Shown: positions 23,541 through 32,098 of the stretch, in pieces | How the letters are laid out: each line of letters opens with the position of its first letter | How positions within the stretch are numbered: position 1 is the stretch's first letter | Origin: an uncultured Gemmatimonadales bacterium | Lineage (GTDB): Bacteria > Gemmatimonadota > Gemmatimonadetes > Longimicrobiales > RSA9 | Length of the DNA stretch: 64,000 nt | Assembly: GCA_963798085.1 (NCBI GenBank) | Contig: CAWCRS010000003.1 | Coordinates: forward strand, 672,001-736,000 | Direction: 5' to 3' | The notes under the pieces: generated by a model | Told to the model about the DNA's origin: nothing | Databases searched by the model: none | Seen by the model: only the letters and a program-made list of their open reading frames with translations | Program-made: the position numbers and the translations under genes

Positions 23541-23704
23541 GGTTCCCGAACTCGTTCAAGGGGGACGCCAACTAGCCCGGTCTTGGGATGTTTAGACTCT
23601 CCAAGCGCAGTGTCAAGGACGACAAGTCGAGGCGGCCGTCGTTACGGGTCTATGCACGCCGGTGTTTTCACGTCGAGACACGATGCCGGTTGGCATCGCA
23701 TTGC

Positions 23705-23845
23705 GCATAACGTTCATTGATTCACGACGCGCCGAGAGCCGAGCGAAGCCCGGCGCAGGCGTGTCCAACGCCTTTCCCAATCTACACCTATCCCAGCCCG
23801 GGTTGGCACAGCCGAAGGCTGCGCCGGGTGAATCTGGTGTTAGCG
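23705..23845 (-). mobile_element. attC site
   Basis: Minus: CGCTAAC-ACCA-GATTCAC ... GTGAATC-AATGAAC-GTTATGC. Confidence 0.85.
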
Positions 23846-23942
23846 GCCGTGCGTCCGTGCCTGAATACACGTGGTTCTGTGGCGAAGCGGGCATCACCAC
23901 GCACCCGCCTTGGCGGGCCGACCGGTTGTCTCCTCTCAGCAG

Positions 23943-24957
23943 CTAATTGCAGGGCCATACACCCCCGCGTAGCACAACGCCTGCTTCCCGAAGGTAGCTG
24001 TTGCGGCTCGTGGACCATCGCCGGTCAATGCCACTCCTGTCGAGCAATTCGCCGTGCAGGTTCGATACGAATCGGTCAAGCAGGATCGTCAGATACATTA
24101 GGAGGTGAGCAACCGCGCGTGGCGCGGTTGCGAGGGCGCCCGCCGAGACAGGAACGGCCGATTCGAATCTATCGATTACGTCGTTAATCTCTAGAACCCT
24201 GTCAGTGTCCAGCGTACCAGATTCGCCCAAGCCGCCCAGACCGCCTGACCGCATCATAGCCGAACCCCGGACGATAGTTTATGGCATTGCGTATGGCGCT
24301 CGGCCATTCGCGACCGAGGATGTCGCCTGACCGCTTGATTGCGCGAAATGCGCGTTCCTCACCGGCTGAGCCGGTTCCGCTTGGGTACTTCTGAAGCCAC
24401 TCAGTACAGATATCAAACCACGCCCTCCAGACGTTGTCGTGGAGCCTGCCGTGCGCCTTTCGCAAGGAGATCTCTCTCGCGGTAGCGCCGACGCTCGTCC
24501 CGCAGTTGACCCGGTAGGTACCTGACCCGGCCTTCCGCCCAGCGGCTCCGGCTGCCGCCAGGACTCGGCTAACGTCCGCGTCTACGAACCACGCAGTCCT
24601 ACCGATAAGACGCGTCGCGGCGAGCACCAAGAAGAAGGCCCAATAGTACCAAGTGATCACAAGCCACGCCGGACTCCAAGTACCACCGCTACTCTGCGCG
24701 CGCCAAAGGAACACTTGGTGCTCAGCTGCGTGGTCAAGCAGGTACTCCGCATTCCCGATGAGAGCCGAGCCGAACTCCATCGCTGGCACAACGAGCGTGT
24801 ACCCTTTGCTCGATGATGCGCTAACGGTAAAGTATCCCGCTTGCGTCCACGAGCCAAGCGTGTTGGGTCGCCCGAACGTGTGCGAAACGCCGATCGGGAT
24901 TGCATCCAGCGCGAGCGACCTTGCCTCTTGCCAGACGTTGCCCTTGGGGAAGCTCAA
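23943..24957 (-). CDS. hypothetical protein, HEPN-like (frameshift near 24225), partner of DGQHR protein
   Basis: WLVITWYYWAFF helix, GRLH, IRNAINY (RNxxxY); TTGA overlap with upstream gene. Confidence 0.6.
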
Positions 24958-25972
24958 AGCATTGCCTCGGAGATCGGAGTCCCTTTGCGGAGAGCGGCGT
25001 GAAACAGTGCAACTATTCCGCGCTTGGTGAGGGTGGCGCGTCCGGTGATTCCAGAACTGAGGTCAAGGCGTGCAAGTGGTCGGACTACCATTTGTATATC
25101 GGCCTGCTTGGCACTGCCGCGTTGATTTATCGCGGTCCGGACAACTTCATCGAGCACTTCAAACATGGCCTCAAAGAACGCCGCCTTTGTGAGATTGCGC
25201 TTATCGATGAGTTCGGCGTCGAAAGCATTGAGATAGTTCAAGATGAGTTTGAACCGCATGTCAGGGTCAACATCCAAAAGAACACCACTGTCAAGGATCT
25301 GCGACAACGCGCGATTGAACGTAACGCGCGAGATCTTTCCGCTGAGCGATCTCGCTGCACTCAGGCGGCCCGCAAGGGGGGATCGGGGATGCTTCTGGAG
25401 CTTGTCGAAGTACTCCCGGAGGATCTGTTCCTTCGCGCTTTCGATTTCTGCGACTTGCTTGATATCGAGAAGCAAGGCGGCCGGTACTCCACGCTGAGTC
25501 GTGTTAATATCGATGAAGAGTTTTGCCTCCTCAGTGCGCGAGAGACCGTCGTATATGGCTACTGGAACGCGATGACGAACCGAGCACTTTTGATAACCCC
25601 AGAGCCTGTGCTGACCATTGATTACGAGAAAGGCTCCCTGCACTCTTGCAAAGGATAAGGACTTGGTCCGGCGGGCGTACGAGAACTCGGCCACATTTGG
25701 GCGGATAGGACGATGTTGCTCGGAATCGATCCAGAACCCGCTGCCAGGTAGGCGGCGATGTCATTTGCGCGCGTCTCGTTCAACGCTCTCTGAAATCCAG
25801 TTGCGGGATCGTCATCACGACGGGAAACGAAGCAACTTGGAAAAAGATCATCCACGGGGATCGTGGCAAAATAAAAGCGGTGGCGATTCTGTGTCATGAG
25901 CAGCGCTGGATACGAGATCGGCCTTCGCACACGCCGGCTCGCTGCTTTGGCAGTAGGTTTCTTGGATGACAT
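24954..25972 (-). CDS. DGQHR/DndB-like (ParB-fold) protein (frameshift near 25695)
   Basis: GFQRALNETRANDIAAYL, IPSNIVL, INGQHRLWG, EEAKLFIDINTTQRGV. Confidence 0.88.
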
Positions 25973-26108
25973 GGCAACGTGCCTTATCCTTGGGAATTAC
26001 TGATGGTGACGCCCCGGTCTCAGGACGGCTGTCACAGCACCTGGCAATCGGAGCGCCGTAATCTGAGGCCACCTGGGCACTAATGCAAGCTACAAGGACC
26101 AATGGCCG

Positions 26109-27547
26109 CTTCTATGGACTGTCTGCTGTCAAGCCCCACGCTTCAAGCGACACGATTCCGTTCAGTGCTGTTCACACTGTTCCAGCGAACGGCTCGACGT
26201 CGGCGGCTTCGTGAGTTTGTGCGGCAGGCTGCGCCGTCACGCCCTTCTATCCGTGCCGGCCGCAAGGGAGCCGGTCACCCTCTACTGCATGCGCGCGATC
26301 CACTCGTGCGCCCTGGAAGCCGCTGTCGGGATGGGCTCCATTTAACGTACGGTTTCCTCATGGGAGAACCACCCGCCATAACGAGCTCCACCTCTCGACG
26401 TCGTCTGTCAAACAGCGGTGCTTGCTTCCGATCAGGCCGTACGCAGCTTCGCGCCTTCCGGTACCACGCCCGCATCCGCATAGCGCCAGAGCGCAATCAG
26501 CAGCTTGCGCGCCAGTGCCACAATGCCGATCCGCCGCATGCGTTTCCCGCCATGACCGAAGCGCGCTTCGTACCAGCGGCTCAGCTGACTTCGCGGCTGG
26601 AAGCGCAGCCAGCACCAGGCAATCTCGATCGCCATCGCCCGGACCTGCCGGTTCCCCGCCTTGGTGATCCCCAGCTCGTGGTCCATCTCGCCGCTCTTGT
26701 GCGGCGTACCCACCAGTCCCGCCAGCGCTCCCACCTGACGTCGATTGCGGAACTGTCGCCAACTGAAGAATTCCATGCTGAAGGTCCAGGCACTGTTCAA
26801 GCCGATCGCTTTCAATGATCCCAGGCGACGCACCATTGTGTACGCGGGCTCACTCGACGTGCGGAGCAGTCGCCGCCGCTCCGCTTCCACTCGCCGGATC
26901 TGCTGCTTCACCAGCAACACTCGCTCCCACTCCCGCTCCAGCCGTGCCCGCAGGGCCGCAGGGAGCTTCGTCCGGTTCCAGAGCCGCGCACGGCTCAAGC
27001 GTGCGAGAAAGTCCGTGACCAGCTCGAGCCGCAACCCCTGACTGGCCAGCAGTCCCTTTCGGTTCGTCAGCCGCGTCTGCTCGTGCTTCAGCGTTTCCAG
27101 CTCCCGGTGCAGCTGCCGCCGGTCTTCCTCTTCCACACTCGGAACCTGCACCACGCTCCAGGTGCGCACCTCTCCGCCACAGTACTCCACCAGCATGCGC
27201 AGCAGCTTCGTCAGATCCACACGGTCCGTCTTCACTCGCCGCCGCCCTGTCCGCACCTCGAAGCTCGTCGCATCCACCACCAGACTTCTCACTCCGTTCG
27301 CCTCCATAAACCGGTGCAGCCAGAATCCCTCACGTCCCGCTTCGTAGCAGCACACCACCTTCGCATCGCTCTTCAGACTGAAGCGCCGCTTCGCACGTGC
27401 CACTTCCTCCAGAAGCGCTTCTCTGTCCCGTGCCTCGATCACTCGCTCGCGTACCGGTTGCGCCGGCGCCGTCTTGAACCCCAGATTCCACTTCGACTGG
27501 CCGATCTCGATCGCCATGTAGCTGCTGGCCGGCTTGGAACCACGCAC
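26109..27547 (-). mobile_element. IS110-family element: recombinase 26432-27547 plus 3' non-coding end; left end apparently deleted
   Basis: AIEIG, CYEAG, KTDRVD RuvC-like residues; HKSG..GITKAGN Tnp domain; right end TTGACA..CCATAGAAG. Confidence 0.9.
26170..26430 (-). ncRNA. candidate bridge/seek RNA in IS110 3' non-coding end
   Basis: About 320 bp non-coding end with hairpins; contains ATAGAAG (26244-26250) identical to the element terminus (26109-26115); boundaries approximate. Confidence 0.55.
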
Positions 27548-27551
27548 CCGC

Positions 27552-28466
27552 TCATTCGCTCACTTGGAAGTAATCGGAGTCGAGCCGCTTGAGCTCGTAC
27601 GCTTGAACGCGGGCAACGCCAATGTCATGATCGATCATGAGCCCTGCCAGCGCCTGACCATCGACTAGTACAATCTTGCTGTCGATGTTGGCCGCGTACT
27701 GCGTGGCATCTGCCGTGAACGATGAACTGGTGATAAAAATCCCCTTTCGAGCGCGAACACCCTGCAGTGCGCCCGCGAACTTCTGGATTTCAGGTCGACC
27801 TACCGTCCCTTCCCAGCGCTTTGCCTGAACGTAAATAGTGTCCAGACCGAGGCGATCCTCCTTGATGATTCCGTCGATGCCGCCGTCGCCGCCACGGCCG
27901 ACCGCCCGACCCGCGTCAGCTCTTGACCCGCCATAACCCATGGCAACGAGAAGCTCGACGACGAGGTTCTCAAAGAACGACGGCGGACAGATTCGAACTC
28001 GCTCGAGGAGGTCGGTCACAAGCTTGGTTCGAATCTGCTCGTAACCGTATTCGATGTGTTCCTCCGGAGTGAGGTCGTCAATTGGTGGCTTCGGGCGCGT
28101 AGGCTTGGCCGGCCCATCGCCGCGTCCTGCGCGGTAGCCAACGTATTCCGGGAACTGCTCAAGGGTCTTCATGCTGATGCGGCCAGGCGTACTGGCGAGA
28201 ACCTCACGGCCTCGCGCAGTGATCCGATAAACCGCTCGACGAGGTGATTCGATCAGGCCAGCCGCTTTGAGATGCGATTTTGCCCACGCGACCTTGTTGA
28301 CGAAGATGGTCTGCTTGCCACTGGGCAGGAGTTGAGCGCGCTCATCTGATGTCAGGGCGAATTGCTGGGCCAGCGCCTCGAGTGTTTCATCGTTGGGATG
28401 TTCCCGACCGTCCGCCATGTGCTCCAGCAGCGGCCGCATCAGCGTTTGAAAGTCAGGAATCGGCAT
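27552..28466 (-). CDS. mrr: Mrr type IV restriction endonuclease
   Basis: MPIPDFQTLMRPLL Mrr_N; FFENLVVELL..GDGGIDG..YVQAKRW..ITSSSF. Confidence 0.95.
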   Translation of the reverse strand: MPIPDFQTLMRPLLEHMADGREHPNDETLEALAQQFALTSDERAQLLPSGKQTIFVNKVAWAKSHLKAAGLIESPRRAVYRITARGREVLASTPGRISMKTLEQFPEYVGYRAGRGDGPAKPTRPKPPIDDLTPEEHIEYGYEQIRTKLVTDLLERVRICPPSFFENLVVELLVAMGYGGSRADAGRAVGRGGDGGIDGIIKEDRLGLDTIYVQAKRWEGTVGRPEIQKFAGALQGVRARKGIFITSSSFTADATQYAANIDSKIVLVDGQALAGLMIDHDIGVARVQAYELKRLDSDYFQVSE

Positions 28467-28490
28467 TGTGATCAGGGGTTGAGCTTGTGC

Positions 28491-28608
28491 GCGTAACGAT
28501 ACAGCCTCGGGCGTGCGCGGGCCAGTTGCGCCTACACCAAAACTCTGAACGTCGTCAACCGGAGAACACACCGCCGATCGTGCCCGCCCTCGCCCAACAG
28601 CATTGAAC
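28491..28608 (-). mobile_element. degenerate attC-like (or attI-side) site at head of array
   Basis: GTTACGC core 25 bp upstream of mrr ATG; GGGCG..GCGGGC / GCCCGC..CGCCC arms; R'' degenerate. Confidence 0.4.
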
Positions 28609-28994
28609 CCTGTCTCACGTAGCTCGTCGCCAACATGCCACCGAACCGCCCATGCCTTCAACTTCTCAGTAACGCACACGCACAATGGATATTGACCGCC
28701 CTGGCCCGCCCAATTCCCTTCCCCGGCCCGTTCCGCCGTTGCCCGGCAGTAACCCTCCCATCACCCCCGGCCGGCTCGGCGGACAAGACGGCACGACCTG
28801 CCGCGGACCCGCACCGGCGCGCCCGCCGAAACGGCGAAGTCAATCCTCGGCACGACTCTGCCCACTGGAACGCGCTCGCCCGCTCACAATGGCTCGGACC
28901 GCGCTTCGTCGTCTGAAACCGTGACAGCCCGCATTTGCGAATACCGCACTGACCGCCTCCAAGCCGAGTCCGCCGCGCGCAATGAGCAGAACGC

Positions 28995-30701
28995 TCAAAC
29001 GACAGAGAGAGCACGCGCGCGGCGCTCGACGCGGTCGAGTAAAGCCAGCTCGGCCGCAATGGCCTCTGCGCCTTCGCTCCACAGTTCGCGCGCTCGATCG
29101 AGCGCGAGGGTAGCGGCGTCCAGGGTCGAGCGCAGTGCCTCGCGCACCTCACCCGCGAGGCGGCGACGGCTCTCCAGCACGCGATCATCGAAATCGTTGC
29201 GGATGCGGGTGGCATTCACTTCGATCAGGCGCTGCAGCAGTTGCGGCATGCTGCGCTGCAGGGAGCGGCGCAGGGAGGCGGTGCCACGCAGGCGGTCGCG
29301 CAGTGCGGTCATGCGCAGCGGCGCGGAGCCGGGCTCGAGCTCGGTGAAATAGTAGCGTGGGGCCGTGCGCAGTGCGGCATCCGCATCGAGCGGCGGTGAC
29401 AGGGCGTCTGCTTGCACGGCGCCACTGGCCGCGAGCCGCTGGATGAACGGGTTGGCGCAGGCGACGAGGCGATCGGCCAGCTCCGCGTACAGGGCCTCGA
29501 CTGCCGGGGCTTCTTCCACGAACCAGGTCTCCACCGAGCGGCGGGCAATGGCGCGGGCCTCCATAACGCTCTGTTTGCGCAGCTGCGGTCCGGCGGCCCG
29601 GTCGAACCAGTGCTGGAATGCCTGCTGCGCGGCGGGTACGGCGTGTTGCAGGAAGGCGTTGCGGCGGCGGTCCAGCTGTGCGCTGACGCGCTCGTGTTCG
29701 GCCGCGAAGCGGTGGGTCAGGTGCAACAGGTCCTGTTCCGCGTCGCGCACGATCTGCTGCAGCATCTCCAGACGCTGCTGCGAGGCGGCGACCGGCTGTA
29801 CCAGCGCGGCGCGTCGAGCGCCGATCGCAGCCAGCACCTGGCCGGCGAGTCGTCGCACACCCTGCGTTGCCGCGCGGCGCACGAGTGCGCTGCCGGCTGC
29901 GTCGCGCAGCGACGTGAGCTGCTGCACCAGCCGGTCCCAGTCGCGGGGCGGACCGCGCTGCTGCAAGCGCTCGCGGGCACTGACGTGCAGCACGGGGCCG
30001 GGGCGGCGGCCCAGCCGTCGCTCGAGTTCGCGAACAGCGAAGTTCGCAGCGACCTCGCGCTCCTCGCTCTCGTGGCGGTCCGCCTTGTTGAGCACCAGGA
30101 TCAACTGGTCGACGCGCTGTGCCACCTCCTCGATGAGATCCAGTTCCTCACCGGAGAGCGGTGGGTCCGTGCCGATGACAATGAGCGCCACATCGATATG
30201 CGGCAGGAACGCGCGTGTGGTGCGGGTGTTGATCGGGATGACGGAGCCGAGGCCGGGCGTGTCCACCAGGCAGAGGCCGTTCTCGAGAATGGGCGAGGGC
30301 AGCTCGACGAGCACCCTGTCGACCGCCTTGCGGTTGCCGGGGTTGCGCTCTTCCGCGACGAAATCGGCGATGGCGTTCAGCTCGATCTGCGCCGGTGGGC
30401 CGTCGGCATACTGCACCATTGCGCGCGGCTGTGGGCCCCACGCCAGAATCGTGGTCGCGGTGGTGACGGGGGTGATGCCGGTGGGCAGCACGTCCGTGCC
30501 GGCGAGTGCGTTCAGCAGTGTGGACTTGCCGCGCTTGAACTGACCGATGCAGGCGACATGGAAGCGGCCGGCAAGGACGCGCTCTTCCAGTTGTGCGATG
30601 TCGCGGCTGACGCGATCGAGTCCGAGCTGGCTGGCGAGGCTGGCGAGTTCTGCGAGGCGAGCGTCGCGCACGGTGCTGGCGCTGGCAGTGTCGCCTGGCA
30701 T
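28995..30701 (-). CDS. bacterial dynamin-like GTPase
   Basis: GQFKRGKST P-loop, LPTGITPVT, DTPG, NKAD; long helical C-terminus. Confidence 0.9.
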   Translation of the reverse strand: MPGDTASASTVRDARLAELASLASQLGLDRVSRDIAQLEERVLAGRFHVACIGQFKRGKSTLLNALAGTDVLPTGITPVTTATTILAWGPQPRAMVQYADGPPAQIELNAIADFVAEERNPGNRKAVDRVLVELPSPILENGLCLVDTPGLGSVIPINTRTTRAFLPHIDVALIVIGTDPPLSGEELDLIEEVAQRVDQLILVLNKADRHESEEREVAANFAVRELERRLGRRPGPVLHVSARERLQQRGPPRDWDRLVQQLTSLRDAAGSALVRRAATQGVRRLAGQVLAAIGARRAALVQPVAASQQRLEMLQQIVRDAEQDLLHLTHRFAAEHERVSAQLDRRRNAFLQHAVPAAQQAFQHWFDRAAGPQLRKQSVMEARAIARRSVETWFVEEAPAVEALYAELADRLVACANPFIQRLAASGAVQADALSPPLDADAALRTAPRYYFTELEPGSAPLRMTALRDRLRGTASLRRSLQRSMPQLLQRLIEVNATRIRNDFDDRVLESRRRLAGEVREALRSTLDAATLALDRARELWSEGAEAIAAELALLDRVERRARALSVV

Positions 30702-30705
30702 CCGT

Positions 30706-31110
30706 TCACTCGTCCGTGGGAGTGACCTCGAGGTATGCGGCGGCGCGCTGCACGCGCATGAGCCGGTCGGCCAGATCCTCGACCGCGGGCTCGAGCAGCG
30801 CCGCGGCCTCGGGATGGACCTGGCCCCAGCCGCGCAGGGCGCGCGGCCCGCAATCGAGCACGGTGGCCCACCAGCTGGAGGCCCAGGCCTGCAGCCGGCG
30901 CCGCGGATCGGGTGGATCGGTCTGCACCGAGATGCCCAGCCGATCCGCCAGCGCGCGCGTTTCCGCGGAGAGCGCGCGCAGCTGCGCGGCCAGTGCGGCG
31001 GCTTCATAACCGCGTGTTTGGAATTCGTCGGCCATCCGCTCGGCCTCGCGGACGAGACCCGCGAAGCACACGCGCAGGTGACGGTTCTGGCCCTCGGTCA
31101 GCGGGATCAT
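30706..31110 (-). CDS. small helical protein, probable dynamin partner
   Basis: 134 aa, ATGA-coupled to DUF190 gene; PRALRGWG motif. Confidence 0.65.
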   Translation of the reverse strand: MIPLTEGQNRHLRVCFAGLVREAERMADEFQTRGYEAAALAAQLRALSAETRALADRLGISVQTDPPDPRRRLQAWASSWWATVLDCGPRALRGWGQVHPEAAALLEPAVEDLADRLMRVQRAAAYLEVTPTDE

Positions 31111-31526
31111 GCGGGTTCGGGCGGACTCTCCGATTCCGCGGACTCGAGGCCCTCGATGCGGTGCTGCCAGCGCTCATCCTCGGGCACGTCGTGCGGCCGG
31201 TAGAGGATGACGTGGGCGCGCTCGAGCGTGACCAGGCCGCCATCGATCATGGTGTCGAGATCGGGCAGGACCCGGGTGATCTCATCCTCACGCGCCACGA
31301 CCTCCACGATGATGGGCAGGTCGAGCGAGAGGCGGAGGATGCGGTCCGTGTGCATGCGCGCGTGCGCGCCGAAACCGGCGATACCGCGCAGCACGGTGGC
31401 GCCGGGAAAGCCGCGCTTGCGCAGCAGCTCGACCAGCGCTTCGTACAGCGGCCTGCCGTGATAACGGTCGCGTTCGCCAATGAAGATGCGCATCAGCGTG
31501 CGCTCGCCCTTGAACGTGTGTGTCAT
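31107..31526 (-). CDS. DUF190 (PII-like) protein
   Basis: MRIFIGERD..GATVLRGIAGFG..LSLDLPIIVE. Confidence 0.92.
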   Translation of the reverse strand: MTHTFKGERTLMRIFIGERDRYHGRPLYEALVELLRKRGFPGATVLRGIAGFGAHARMHTDRILRLSLDLPIIVEVVAREDEITRVLPDLDTMIDGGLVTLERAHVILYRPHDVPEDERWQHRIEGLESAESESPPEPA

Positions 31527-31528
31527 GG

Positions 31529-31909
31529 CTATCCTCTCAGCGCCAGGACCGAGGCGGCGATGCGAAAACCCAGCAGTGTTCCATACAGACTGATCAGCAC
31601 GCTGCCGCCCATGTACAGCAGTGCACGGGAGAACTGCCCGCCCTGCAGCAGGCGGATCGATTCGTAGCTGAAGGTGCTGAAGGTGGTGTAGGCGCCGCAG
31701 AAGCCGATCGCCAGGAATCCCCGCCATTCCGGCCTCGCCGCGAGCGATTCCAGCAGCTGTATGAGAAACGCCAGCAGGATGGAGCCGGTGATGTTGATGA
31801 TGAGCGTGCCCCACGGGAAACCGGAACCGAGTCGTTGCTGCGCCCAGCCGCCCAGTCCGTACCTCGCCACGGCTCCGAGCGCGCCGCCCAACGCGATGGC
31901 AAAGAGCAT
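31529..31909 (-). CDS. crcB: fluoride efflux channel Fluc/CrcB
   Basis: GGALGAVARY, FPWGTLIIN, GFCGAYTTFSTF. Confidence 0.97.
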   Translation of the reverse strand: MLFAIALGGALGAVARYGLGGWAQQRLGSGFPWGTLIINITGSILLAFLIQLLESLAARPEWRGFLAIGFCGAYTTFSTFSYESIRLLQGGQFSRALLYMGGSVLISLYGTLLGFRIAASVLALRG

Positions 31910-31926
31910 TTCCTCCCACTCCGGAT

Positions 31927-31963
31927 GAAGAAAACCTCCCCGGGCGAGCGTGCCCGCGGGAGG
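31927..31963 (-). terminator. riboswitch-controlled intrinsic terminator
   Basis: CCTCCCGCGGGC-loop-GCCCGGGGAGG followed by TTTTCTTC; overlaps aptamer 3' end. Confidence 0.75.
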
Positions 31964-32013
31964 AGTCATCAGCGGCCTGCAGCGGCCACGGTTCAGGCGA
32001 ACTCCATCGCCAT
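31959..32013 (-). ncRNA. fluoride (crcB) riboswitch
   Basis: GGCGATGGAGTTCGCC-TGAACCG..GCTGATGACTCCT consensus directly upstream of crcB. Confidence 0.95.
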
Positions 32014-32098
32014 TTCCTTGTGTCAGGATAGCCGCGCAGCGGCGCGCCGACAAGTGGGTCGGTGCGACGCGTCGTGGCGCCAGCGAGGTGGCGGCGCT

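Noticed and set aside
24954..25972. Dnd phosphorothioation system
   Set aside because: No dndA/C/D/E or ssp genes in the window
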